Of a stretch of DNA of 64,000 nucleotides, positions 29,893 to 39,574 are shown piece by piece. Below the pieces are notes generated by a model, which worked only from the letters and a program-made list of their open reading frames with translations, was not told the origin of the DNA and ran no database searches. The position numbers and the translations under genes are program-made. The stretch's first letter is position 1. Each line of letters begins with the position of its first letter. The DNA lies in the NCBI GenBank assembly GCA_964291265.2, contig OZ219747.1:2496001-2560000 (forward strand), written 5' to 3'. Origin of the DNA: Alphaproteobacteria bacterium. Its GTDB lineage: Bacteria; Pseudomonadota; Alphaproteobacteria; SP197.

Positions 29893-32520
29893 ATGACACA
29901 GCATGTTTCCCGGACCGGCGGTGCGGACAACGACACCCTGACGGGCGGCCTCGGCGACGATACGCTGACCGGCGGCCTCGGCGACGACATCCTGACCGGC
30001 GGCGCCGGGGACGACACGCTGACGGGCGGAACCGCAAGCCCGGGTACCGACGCGAGCTTTCTTGCCATGAACCCCGGCAGTTCGGACGATGACACACTGG
30101 ACGGCGGTGCGGGCGACGACACGCTGGACGGCGGCGAGGGCGCCGACACGCTCACCGGCGGCGCCGGGGCGGACACACTCTATGGCGGCAACGGTGACGA
30201 CACGCTCGACGGGGGTGACGGCATCGACAGCCTGTTCGGCGGTCAGGGCGGCGACCGGCTGACGGGCGGCCGAGGCAACGACTACCTCTATGGTGGCCTG
30301 GGGGCCGATGTCTTCGTCTTCGCGGTGGGGGACGGGGCCGACACCATGACCGGTTTCGAGGCGGGCGAGATCATCGAGATTGCCGGCGTGTCCGGCGGCT
30401 TCGGGGACCTGGTGATCGAGCAGCAAGGCTCCAATACCGTCATCCGCTACGGTGACGGCGACACGATCACGCTGGAGAACGTGACGGCGTCCACCTTGGG
30501 CGCAGACAACTTCCGGTTCCTTCCCGTCGAGGCGTCCTCGCCGGAGGGCGGCGGCGAGGACGCTCTTGCACAGGGTGCACCGCCGGACGGCAATGATGAC
30601 GGCGACGATGATGACTTGAGCGGCGGGTCTGCCGGCGGGAAGGTGCTGAAGGGTGGCAAGGGCGCCGACACGCTGACCGGCGGGGCTGACGACGACACCC
30701 TGCGTGGCAACGGAGGCGCCGACACGCTGACCGGCGGGGCTGGCGACGACACCCTGCGTGGCAACGGAGGCGCCGACACGCTGACCGGCGGGGCTGGCGA
30801 CGACACCCTGAAGGGTGGCAAGGGCGCCGACACGCTGGCCGGCGGTGCTGGCGACGACACCCTGAAGGGCGGCAAGGGCGACGACACGCTGGCCGGCGGT
30901 GCTGGCGACGACACCCTGAAGGGCGGCAAGGGCGACGACACGCTGGCCGGCGGTGCTGGCGACGACACCCTGCGTGGCGACAGGGGCGCTGACACGCTCA
31001 ATGGCGGAGCGGGCTCCGACACGCTCACCGGCGGCAAGGGCGCCGACACCTTCGTGTTCGCGGCGGGAGACGGCAACGACACCATTGCCGACTTCGGGGG
31101 TGGCGACAGGATTCGCCTGGATGGCGTATCCGGCGGGTTTGAGGCACTGGTCATCGAGCAGGACGGCGCCGATGCCGTCATCCGCTACGGCGACGGCGAC
31201 ACGATCAGGCTGTCGGGCGTCTCGGCTGACAGCCTGGACGCGGACGACTTCATCCGGCCGGCCGGCGCAGGCGGCGGTGAAACGGTCGTGTACGGCGCCA
31301 GTACGAGAGACGATGACAACGACAACGACGGCGGCGACCCGAATGCCAACAACGACGGTGGCGCTCCGAATGCCAAGGACGACGGCGGCAAGGACACGAT
31401 CCCGGGCACTTCGGGCGATGAGTCGCTCGACATGGGCAAGCCTGCGGATCCGTCGGCCCGCAACGGCGTCACCTTCAACGGTGGGTCCGGCGTCGACTGC
31501 TACATCAGCGGCGAGGGCAACGACACCCTGAACGGCGGCGGAGGCGACGATGTGCTCTTCGGTCGCGGAGGCGACGACACCCTCAACGGCGATGCAGGCA
31601 ACGACGACCTCGCTGGTGGGGACGGCGACGACATCCTGAACGGCGGGGACGGCGATGATGACCTCTTTGGCTGGAGTGGCAACGACACCCTCAACGGCGG
31701 CGCGGGCGACGATGATCTCCACGGCGCGGGCGGCGACGATATCCTCAACGGCGGCGACGGCCGCGATCTCTTCGACGGTAGCACCGGAAACGACACGCTG
31801 ACGGGCGGCGGGGGTGCTGACACCTTCCGGTTCGAAGCGGGAGACGGGCATGACACGATTACCGACTTCGGGGGAGGCGACAGGATCGAAATCATGGGTG
31901 TGTCCCCCCGCAGGTTTGCGGCGCTGGTAATTGAGCAGGACGGCACCGATGCCGTCATCCACCACGGCGATGGCGACACGATCACCCTGTTGGACGTTGC
32001 GGCGGACTCCCTGGACCGAAACGACTTCATCGTCCGGCCCGGCGTACTCAACTACTTTGCCAACGGCGACTTGGGCGGCACCCTCAATGGCAGCGGCCGC
32101 GGTGACGCGCTCTACGGCGGAGCTGGCGACGACATCCTCTACGCCGGGAACGGCAACGATTGGCTCAACGACTACGGCGGCGGCGACGACATCCTCCGAG
32201 GCGGGAGCGGCGACGACACACTCTACGCCGGGGCCGGCGACGACACGCTGGTGGGCGGCAAGGGCACCGACACGCTGATGGGTGGCAAGGGCGCCGACCG
32301 GTTCGTTTTCGACAACGAATCCGATACCGACCGCATCCGCGACTTCGAGGACGGGCAGGACATCATCGTTATCAGGGGTGGCCTGCAATTCTCCGATCTC
32401 GATATCAAGCAAAGCGGCGACGACACCGTGATCGGTGACCCTGCCAACTCCTTCTCGATCGTGGTCGAGGGAATCCGGGCGGCGCAGCTGACCGAGGCCG
32501 ATTTCGACTTCTTCGGCTGA
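29893..32520 (+). CDS. RTX (hemolysin-type Ca-binding repeat) protein, probable T1SS substrate
   Basis: Dozens of GGxGxDxLx nonapeptides, three internal D.F.F..GDG.DT...F blocks, C-terminus ...LTEADFDFFG; GGAG-like RBS upstream. Confidence 0.93.
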   Translation: MTQHVSRTGGADNDTLTGGLGDDTLTGGLGDDILTGGAGDDTLTGGTASPGTDASFLAMNPGSSDDDTLDGGAGDDTLDGGEGADTLTGGAGADTLYGGNGDDTLDGGDGIDSLFGGQGGDRLTGGRGNDYLYGGLGADVFVFAVGDGADTMTGFEAGEIIEIAGVSGGFGDLVIEQQGSNTVIRYGDGDTITLENVTASTLGADNFRFLPVEASSPEGGGEDALAQGAPPDGNDDGDDDDLSGGSAGGKVLKGGKGADTLTGGADDDTLRGNGGADTLTGGAGDDTLRGNGGADTLTGGAGDDTLKGGKGADTLAGGAGDDTLKGGKGDDTLAGGAGDDTLKGGKGDDTLAGGAGDDTLRGDRGADTLNGGAGSDTLTGGKGADTFVFAAGDGNDTIADFGGGDRIRLDGVSGGFEALVIEQDGADAVIRYGDGDTIRLSGVSADSLDADDFIRPAGAGGGETVVYGASTRDDDNDNDGGDPNANNDGGAPNAKDDGGKDTIPGTSGDESLDMGKPADPSARNGVTFNGGSGVDCYISGEGNDTLNGGGGDDVLFGRGGDDTLNGDAGNDDLAGGDGDDILNGGDGDDDLFGWSGNDTLNGGAGDDDLHGAGGDDILNGGDGRDLFDGSTGNDTLTGGGGADTFRFEAGDGHDTITDFGGGDRIEIMGVSPRRFAALVIEQDGTDAVIHHGDGDTITLLDVAADSLDRNDFIVRPGVLNYFANGDLGGTLNGSGRGDALYGGAGDDILYAGNGNDWLNDYGGGDDILRGGSGDDTLYAGAGDDTLVGGKGTDTLMGGKGADRFVFDNESDTDRIRDFEDGQDIIVIRGGLQFSDLDIKQSGDDTVIGDPANSFSIVVEGIRAAQLTEADFDFFG

Positions 32521-32589
32521 GATGCATGGCCGCGAAGGCCGTCCTGCTGACGCGCCGTCCCGTCTTTCGGGGCATCGGCGAGGTTGCGC

Positions 32590-32660
32590 CGCCGGCTGGA
32601 GCGAGGGTCCTTGCCCTGCAGGACACCACGGCGCTGAATTCCAACGGAAACCGCAGGCCA
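32590..32660 (+). pseudogene. Tiny IS4/Tn5-type transposase remnant
   Basis: RVLALQDTTALN matches the first catalytic Asp motif seen in the other IS4 copies. Confidence 0.5.
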
Positions 32661-33247
32661 GGAGGTTGGGGAATCTCGGCGGATAATGTGTTCGGTCACA
32701 AGGTGATTGTTGGCGATTGTCATCGGTTGAGGATGTGTTTCCAGTGCTTGGCAGAGTGAGCTAAGGCTGCCTCGAGCTTCCTCGCTGACTGAGCAAGTCC
32801 CGTTCTCCATCAACCGGGCCGAGCGGGGCTGGGGAATCGGCGTCGCCGTCCATGGCTTCAGCGTGTTCGAGATCGTCAACCTGTTCGGCGACGAGTGGGA
32901 AAGGCGGCAGGTCGCGAAGCGGCTCGCCAGGGCCCGTCCGGACCGCAACAGGGGCTCCTGACCCGCAGGTTCCGGACGACAGCAGTGCGTCACCGACTCC
33001 GGTCCGATGGGCACCGATGGCCGTCTTCAGCCAGATGTCGTCAGCGTCCGTTGCAGACAGCGGGGCCCGGGCTCCGCCTGCGGCGGTGACGACGGCGAAG
33101 CGGGCGCGGAAGGCTCGGTGGACGCAGTCGGCGGGTTCGTGACCCTCGACTTCTCCGTGTCGGACACGAAGACCCGAACAATGGAACCCGGATCCGTCAT
33201 CTGCCTTGCTGCCGCGCCGACGTGATCACGCCGGAACGCTTGCTAGT

Positions 33248-35197
33248 CCGAAGTTCCGGACGATTTCAGCGGCAGAGTCACGATAACCGGTTGATTGTGT
33301 TGGCAAAATAGCGCGATGATGGCGCGAGAATGTTCCCATGTAACGGCGAAGTTTTCCCTTGACACGGTGGGCTTACGCCCCCATATACGTTGCCATGTAC
33401 GTAGACATCGTCCCCAACCGTAACTCACCCCCCGCCGTCCTCCTGCGAGAGGGATGGCGCGAGAACGGCAAGGTCAAGAAGCGCACCATCGCCAATCTCT
33501 CCTCCTGGCCCATGGAAAAGGTCGAGACCCTGCGGCGGTTCTTGAAGAACGAACCCCTCGTCGGTCGTGACGACGCCTTCGACATCGTCCGCTCCCTACC
33601 CCATGGGCATGTCGCCGCGGTGCTGGGAACCCTGAAGAAGCTGGGACTGGACAGGTTGATCGACCCGAAGCCCTCGCCTGAGCGCGATCAGGTCCTGGCC
33701 ATGATCGTGGCACGCATCCTCGAGCCCGCCTCGAAGCTGGCCACGGCCAGGGGGCTGGCCGAGGCCACGGCGGTCAGCACCCTGGGCGAGGTCCTCGATG
33801 CGGAGATGGACGAGGACGCCCTCTACGGCGCCATGGACTGGCTCCTGGAGCGTCAGGAGAGGATCGAGCGGTCCCTGGCGAAGCGGCGCCTCGAAGAGGG
33901 CTGCCTGGTGCTCTATGACCTGACCTCGGTATGGATGGAGGGGAGAGCGTGTCCCCTGGCCAGGAGGGGTCATTCCCGGGATGGCAAGAAGGGCAAGCTG
34001 CAGATCGAGTTCGGCCTTCTGTGCGATCGGGACGGCTGTCCAGTGTCGGTGGAAGTGTTCCCCGGCAACACGGCGGACCCCGGGACGGTGGCATCACAGA
34101 TCACCACGCTGCAGGAGCGCTTCTCCCTGGCGAAGGTGGTGCTGGTGGGAGACCGGGGGATGCTGACCGAGGCGCGCATACGCGAGGAGGTGAAGCCTGC
34201 GGGCCTGGACTGGATCAGCGCCTTGAGGGGACCGGCCATCCGCGCCCTTGTGGAGGCCGGCGACGTCGAGATGTCGCTCTTCGACGAGAGGGACCTGGTG
34301 GAGATCACCAGCGATGCGTATCCCGGCGAACGCCTCATGGTCTGCCGCAACCCCCTGCTGGCCGAGGACCGGGCCCGCAAGCGCCAGGAACTGCTCGAGG
34401 CCACCGAGGCCCTGCTTGAACCGATCGCAGCAGCGACACGGCGCGACAAGCGCCGTCTCAAGGGTGCCGACAAGATCGGGGAGCGGGTCGGCAAGGTCAT
34501 CGGTAAATACAAGATGGCGAAGCACTTCACGTGGTCCATCGACGACGAGGGTGTCTTCACCTATGGGCGCGATGAGGCTGCCATCGCCGCCGAGGCCAGG
34601 CTCGACGGCCTCTACGTGATCCGCACCAGCCTGCCGCAGAGCGAGCTCGACGGTCCCGGCACGGTGCGCGCCTACAAGCGGTTGAGTTCGGTGGAACGGG
34701 CCTTCCGCAGCCTGAAGACCGTGGATCTGAAGGTCCGTCCCGTCTACCACCGCACCGAACCCCGGGTCCGCGCCCATGTCTTCCTGTGCATGCTCGCCTA
34801 CTACGTGGAATGGCACATGCGCCAGAAACTGAAGCCCATGCTGTTCGACGACGAGGATGCCGAAGGCGCCGAGGCCCGGCGGCCGTCCGTCGTGGCGCCG
34901 GCAGAAGTCTCGGCGAGCGCCCGGGCCAAGGCGGCAACGAAGAGGACGCCCGGGGGTGATCCGGTGCACAGTTTCCGCACCCTCCTCGATGATCTCGCGA
35001 CCATCACCCGCAACACCGTGGCGCCCCGCCTTGCGGGCGCCCAACCCTTCCAGGTCACCACGCGGCCCACGCCGCTCCAGAAAAAGGCCCTGGACTACCT
35101 CGGCATACGCCTGCAGCGTTCCCAGTAGCAACACACCCGATTTTTTCAAACGTCAATACATTCATAACGATACGTCTGATCGGTTCTGGAACTTCGG
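33248..35197 (+). mobile_element. IS1634-family element, copy 1 (1950 bp)
   Basis: TIR CCGAAGTTCC; 6-bp TSD GCTAGT at 33242-33247 and 35198-35203. Confidence 0.95.
33395..35128 (+). CDS. IS1634-family DDE transposase
   Basis: VLYDLTSVWMEG, GHSRDGK, VGDRGM, DGLYVIRTS, YKRLSSVERAFRSLK, RVRAHVFLCMLAYY. Confidence 0.95.
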   Translation: MYVDIVPNRNSPPAVLLREGWRENGKVKKRTIANLSSWPMEKVETLRRFLKNEPLVGRDDAFDIVRSLPHGHVAAVLGTLKKLGLDRLIDPKPSPERDQVLAMIVARILEPASKLATARGLAEATAVSTLGEVLDAEMDEDALYGAMDWLLERQERIERSLAKRRLEEGCLVLYDLTSVWMEGRACPLARRGHSRDGKKGKLQIEFGLLCDRDGCPVSVEVFPGNTADPGTVASQITTLQERFSLAKVVLVGDRGMLTEARIREEVKPAGLDWISALRGPAIRALVEAGDVEMSLFDERDLVEITSDAYPGERLMVCRNPLLAEDRARKRQELLEATEALLEPIAAATRRDKRRLKGADKIGERVGKVIGKYKMAKHFTWSIDDEGVFTYGRDEAAIAAEARLDGLYVIRTSLPQSELDGPGTVRAYKRLSSVERAFRSLKTVDLKVRPVYHRTEPRVRAHVFLCMLAYYVEWHMRQKLKPMLFDDEDAEGAEARRPSVVAPAEVSASARAKAATKRTPGGDPVHSFRTLLDDLATITRNTVAPRLAGAQPFQVTTRPTPLQKKALDYLGIRLQRSQ

Positions 35198-35198
35198 G

Positions 35199-36035
35199 CT
35201 AGTCGATTCCGAAAGCCTTGAGGATCGCGGCCGCATCCGGTCCGGCGAGGGCCGACCACTCGGCGGACATGGTGGCGCCGATGGCGGCGAGATCGGCAGC
35301 GAGTTGCTGGCCGGGGGCACGAACGACCATGCCGTTGGCCGCGAGTTGCGCCCGGTACCAGTCGGTCAGCTCCCGCGCTCTTGCGGTGCCAGCCACTTCC
35401 GCCAGCAGCGTGGCGGCACGCAGGCAGTTTCGGGCATGGTCACCCAGGGCATCGAACCCGTCCTGGTTCACGAGCATGTAGTTGCGCGGTAACCAGCCCT
35501 GAACATCGTAGAAATAACTCAGGTGTTCCCAGACCTTCCGACAGTCGAAACCGGTTGCGGCGGACGAGACGAAGGCTTCCGCCCTTCCGGTCGTCAGCGC
35601 CTGGATGAGTTCGGTTGCTTCGATCCGCACCGGCACCATGCCTGCCAGTTCGGCCAGTTGCGAGGTGGCGGCGTTGTACGTGCGGAACCTGATCCCTGCC
35701 ATGTCAGGGATACCGGTGACTTCCCTGTTGAAATAGAGACCCTGTGGCGGCCACGGCACCGCATAGAGCAGGATCATGTTCTGCTCGGAGAGAACCTCTT
35801 CAAGCTTGTCCCTGGCAGCCCTCCACAGCCGATCGGATGCCTCGAACGACGAGGCCAGGAATGGCACCGAATCGAATCCGAACAGCGGATTCTCGTCCTG
35901 GTGGGCGCTCAGCAGGCGTTCGCCGATGGGCACCTGGCCGGTCTGCACGGCCTGCTTGATCTCGTTGCCCTTGAAGAGCGAACCGCCGCCGTGAACGACG
36001 ATCTCGAGTTCGCCGCCTGTGCACACACCCACGGC
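35199..36035 (-). pseudogene. dctP: TRAP transporter substrate-binding protein DctP, 3' part (5' part at 54370-54505)
   Basis: GGELEIVVHGGGSLFKGNEIKQAVQTGQVPIGERLLS, YAVPWPPQGLY, FRTYNAAT; rejoining across the 8-bp TSD gives ...AEAVGVCTGG... Confidence 0.9.
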
Positions 36036-36060
36036 CTGCCCATCGGACACATTTCGCGCT

Positions 36061-38154
36061 CAGGGCTTTTCTTTTGTCGTCCCGGCGCTCGGCGCACGCA
36101 GGATTCTGGGGGTGGACATCCCGTTTTCGCTGTGGCAGTGTGCCGGCATGACGACGCTTGCGACCCCGGATTCCCCTATCGACCTTCGCGAGGTGACGGT
36201 GCGCCCGACCCGTGGCGCACGTGAGCACCGGCTCTGGGATCGTCTGGTCAAGGAGCATCACTACCTGCGGTTTCACGGCATCATCGGCAAGGGCCTGCGC
36301 CATGTCGCCCTGCACGGCGAGACCTGGGTGGCGCTGGTTGGCTGGCAGCCGGGCTCGTTCAAGCTTGCTGCACGCGACCGCTGGATTGGCTGGACTGCGG
36401 AGCAGCAGTTCCGCCGCCTGCATCTGATCGCGAACAATTCCCGGTTCGTCATTCTTGGCCCGAGAGGGGTGCCGAACCTGGCGTCCCGCGTGCTCGGCCT
36501 GAGCCTTCGGCGGCTGTCCGCCGACATCGAGGCCGCGCACGGATACCCAGTGTTCCTCGCGGAGACGTTCGTCGACATCAAGCGCTTCGCCGGAACCTGC
36601 TATCGCGCGGCGAACTGGCGCTCGCTGGGATTGACGCGCGGCTTCGGTCGCAAGCCCGGCGGCGCCGCACGCTTCCGTCACCACGGCCAGCCCAAGGAGA
36701 TCTTCATGTACGAACTGACCGACGGCGCCGCCGAGGCGCTGAGCCGGGACGCGATCCCGGAGAGCTGGAACGCGGAGCAGCACGACCAAGCCGGACCGAT
36801 GGCCGCGTCCGGGCTGCGCAGTCTGTTCGCCTGCCTGGGCGAGGTGCCCGAGTGCCGCAAGCCCCGGGGCAAGCGCTATCCGCTGAGAACCATTCTCGCG
36901 ATCGCCGTCGCAGCCCGGCTCGCCGGCTACCGCGGCGTGAGCGCATTCGCTCAGTTCGCCGCCCTGCTCACCCAGGAACAGCTGGCGGCGGTGGGTGCGT
37001 TCTACAGCCCGTCGAAGAAGCGCTACACGGCGCCCACGTCCACAACCTTCCACAGCATCCTCGCCAACCTGCCGCCCGAGACCCTGGACCACGCCATCGG
37101 CCTGTGGACGGCCCAGCAGGCCGGTGCAGACACACCGCTCGCCATGGACGGCAAGGACATCCGCGGCGCCTCCAAGCAGACCAAAAACGGGCGGCGGATG
37201 ATGGTCGCAGCGGTCGAGCACGGAACCGGCATGGTCCTCGGCCAGGTCGAGGTCGACGCGAAGAGCAACGAGATCCCCGCCGTGCGGGACCTCGCCAGCA
37301 GCATCGACGTCACGGGCCGCATCGTCACCCTGGACGCGATGCACGCTCAGCACGAGACCGCGCAACGGCTTCTCGAGCGCCGCGCCGACTATGTCATCAC
37401 GGCGATCAAGGATAACCAGGAGACCATGCTCGACGACCTCAAGGCCATCGACTTCAAGGGCGCGGCTTCGTTCGAGACACTCGACAAGGGGCACGGACGC
37501 ATCGAGCGCCGCCGCTGTGCCGTGGTCGACATCTCCGGCGCCGAGTGGGACGGCTACGCCGCTCTCCACGGTCGCCACCAAGCCATCCGCATCGAGCGCG
37601 AACGCGAGATCTGCAAGACCAAAGAACGCAGTGTCGAGACCACCTGGTGCCTCACCTCGCTCGCTCCCGAACGCGCCGGACCCGAGATGCTTCTGGCCCT
37701 CGTGCGCGACCACTGGGTCATCGAAAATCGACTCCACTACGTACGCGACTTCACCTACGACGAGGACCGCTGCAGGGTCCATGTGCGCCATCTGCCACGC
37801 AACCTCTCCTGCCTGACAAACGCCGCCATCGCCATCGTGCGCTGCGGCGGACATTTCGACTATATGCCCGAAGCCAACCGGCACTACGCCGCTCGCGCCC
37901 AGGACGCGCTCGACGCTATCCTCATCCCGCCCGGCGGATGAACCTTCGCTCCTGACCCCGCGCCACAAGCCGGGAACGCGCCGCCTGACGGCGCAACAGG
38001 ACAGTTCTGCTCGCACACTCGAAAAAACGTGCCTGCGAGCCCTGATGCACCAGCAGTGCCCACTGAAACCAGCCCACAGTGAACCCGGGCGCCTCAGTCA
38101 TGCCAGGTCCCTGTCACATCAACAATCCACAGGACTGAAAAAAGAATGGTCCTG
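36061..38154 (+). mobile_element. ISAs1-family element, copy 1
   Basis: TIRs CAGGGCTTTTCTTTT / CAGGACCATTCTTTT; 10-bp TSD ATTTCGCGCT at 36051-36060 and 38155-38164. Confidence 0.95.
36148..37941 (+). CDS. DUF4338 (DruA-like)-ISAs1 transposase fusion
   Basis: N-terminal HHYLRF, RDRWIGW, NNSRFVIL, NLASRVL, ETFVD, GTCYRAANW; C-terminal AMDGK, KSNEIPA, VTLDAMHAQ, IKDNQ, HWVIENRLH. Confidence 0.93.
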   Translation: MTTLATPDSPIDLREVTVRPTRGAREHRLWDRLVKEHHYLRFHGIIGKGLRHVALHGETWVALVGWQPGSFKLAARDRWIGWTAEQQFRRLHLIANNSRFVILGPRGVPNLASRVLGLSLRRLSADIEAAHGYPVFLAETFVDIKRFAGTCYRAANWRSLGLTRGFGRKPGGAARFRHHGQPKEIFMYELTDGAAEALSRDAIPESWNAEQHDQAGPMAASGLRSLFACLGEVPECRKPRGKRYPLRTILAIAVAARLAGYRGVSAFAQFAALLTQEQLAAVGAFYSPSKKRYTAPTSTTFHSILANLPPETLDHAIGLWTAQQAGADTPLAMDGKDIRGASKQTKNGRRMMVAAVEHGTGMVLGQVEVDAKSNEIPAVRDLASSIDVTGRIVTLDAMHAQHETAQRLLERRADYVITAIKDNQETMLDDLKAIDFKGAASFETLDKGHGRIERRRCAVVDISGAEWDGYAALHGRHQAIRIEREREICKTKERSVETTWCLTSLAPERAGPEMLLALVRDHWVIENRLHYVRDFTYDEDRCRVHVRHLPRNLSCLTNAAIAIVRCGGHFDYMPEANRHYAARAQDALDAILIPPGG

Positions 38155-38199
38155 ATTTCGCGCTCGACTCGCTGATTCCTTCGCGCTATGGTCGGCCGC

Positions 38200-38781
38200 A
38201 TGGACGACCCTGTTTCGATTCCCAGCGCGCTTTCCTCGCCACAAGGCATGGCGAAGTTGTCGCGGATTCTGGCGCAGCCGGAGGTCTCACGTGCCGAGAT
38301 CGGCCGCAGGGTATGCGACGCTTTCGGCTTTGTTGACTTTCGCGGGTGACCGCAGGTCACGAGTTGCCTTTGTTGCCCTTCGCCGTCTTGAGCGGGCGGG
38401 CAGGATCGTTCTTCCTTCGCCCCGCCGTGGCGGCGGCCGGGGTGCCGTGGCTCGCAGGGAGGTGGCGGTTGCCGAGCCTGTGGGCCTTCCGGCGAGTGCC
38501 GGTGCGGCCTGAGGGCCTTGAGCTTGTCCGGGTCGAGGGATCGGAGCTTCGTCTGATCTTCAACGAGCTGATGGCGTCGGAGCATCCGCGCAGCGCCCGT
38601 CTTCACGTCGGCCGTCAGCTGCGCTACCTGATCGGATCGTCGCATGGCTGGCTCGGCGGGTTCCTGTTTGCTCCGGCGACGCGGGTCCTGGCGGCGCGGG
38701 ATGCCTGGCTTGGCTGGGACGATGCGAGCCGCGAGCGGCATCTCGACGAGGTGATCGGTCTGGCGCGATTCCTGATCCGTC
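38200..38781 (+). pseudogene. 5' part (DUF4338 domain) of the IS4 transposase
   Basis: SRAEIGRRVCDAFGF, NELMASEHP, GRQLRYLIGSSHGWLGG, ARDAWLGWD, ARFLIRP; one internal stop plus frameshifts; continues at 52601. Confidence 0.85.
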
Positions 38782-39036
38782 CGTAGATGCCATCATAACA
38801 CCCCATCTCGCTTCAGGGTTGATTTATAACGATTTTCCATTTCGCCTCCTGTGTCAACGGCGTTTTGCCCCGCGTTTTTGCCCCGGTTCGCGGAAGATCG
38901 TCCTTCCCGATGTCTGCCGGCCCCCATGTCTGGCAAGGTTTTTGCGGGTATTCGGGGTGATGTGTTCTGTGGTTGTCCACGTGCGGTCCGAGGTTCCGCC
39001 TTGCCCTGCGAGCGAGGCGACATGCAGCCTGTGGTT

Positions 39037-39258
39037 CCGGCGGCATGAGCGGGTTGCCGTCCATTGACCACGGTAACGTTACCGATGAGTGCGGCCACCT
39101 TGCCGCCAGCGTTCCCGGGCATGGTAACGTTACCGTGGTCAAGGGGGTTCCAGGTGTCATGTGTCCCGGCGGCATGAGCGGGGCCACCTTGCCGCCCAGC
39201 GTCCCCGGGCATGGTAACGTTACCGTGGTCAAGGTGGTCCCAGGTGCCATGGGTCCCG
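39037..39258. repeat. Palindrome array: GGTAACGTTACC x3 within a ~90-bp tandem unit
   Basis: The 20-mer GGTAACGTTACCGTGGTCAA occurs at 39123-39142 and 39213-39232, and inverted at 39064-39083. Confidence 0.95.
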
Positions 39259-39262
39259 TCCA

Positions 39263-39574
39263 CTAGCCGCGCGGCGGTTCGATGTCCTCAAGGGCCTCGA
39301 TGTCGGCCTCGACGATGATCTGCAGACGTTCTCCGCCAGCCGTGTCGCGCAGGGAGTCGGGGAGACTGTCGAGACAGTCCTGATCATGCTCCTGCCATGC
39401 ACCGAGCTCGGCCACCGCATCGCGCCAGCGTTGCGCACGGGAGCGGCACTCGCAGGACTTTCGCTGGTGGACGGCAGGGATGCCGTATCTCTCGGCCTGC
39501 TCCGGATCACGGGGATGGAACCCGGTCATGCAAGCCGTTGCACGGGCGGCCATGCAGCCTCGCAGGGCGGTCAC
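39263..39574 (-). CDS. Small hypothetical protein (RSR.QRW.DAVAEL...IEPPRG family), possibly decayed
   Basis: Start overlaps the LSR stop; clear homology to 44924-45214. Confidence 0.65.
   Translation of the reverse strand: MTALRGCMAARATACMTGFHPRDPEQAERYGIPAVHQRKSCECRSRAQRWRDAVAELGAWQEHDQDCLDSLPDSLRDTAGGERLQIIVEADIEALEDIEPPRG

Noticed and set aside
29653-32412. Long antisense ORFs (also 62630-63961, 35800-38016, 60530-62614, 12077-14143, 14583-16742, 20878-22917)
   Set aside because: Shadow frames of real genes in high-GC or repetitive DNA, with no family motifs.
27660-35702. Diversity-generating retroelement template/variable repeat pair
   Set aside because: No reverse transcriptase, and the differences are not adenine-specific; a plain duplication explains it.
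39037-39258. Possible CRISPR mini-array
   Set aside because: The intervening sequences are themselves repeats, one unit is inverted, and no cas genes are present.
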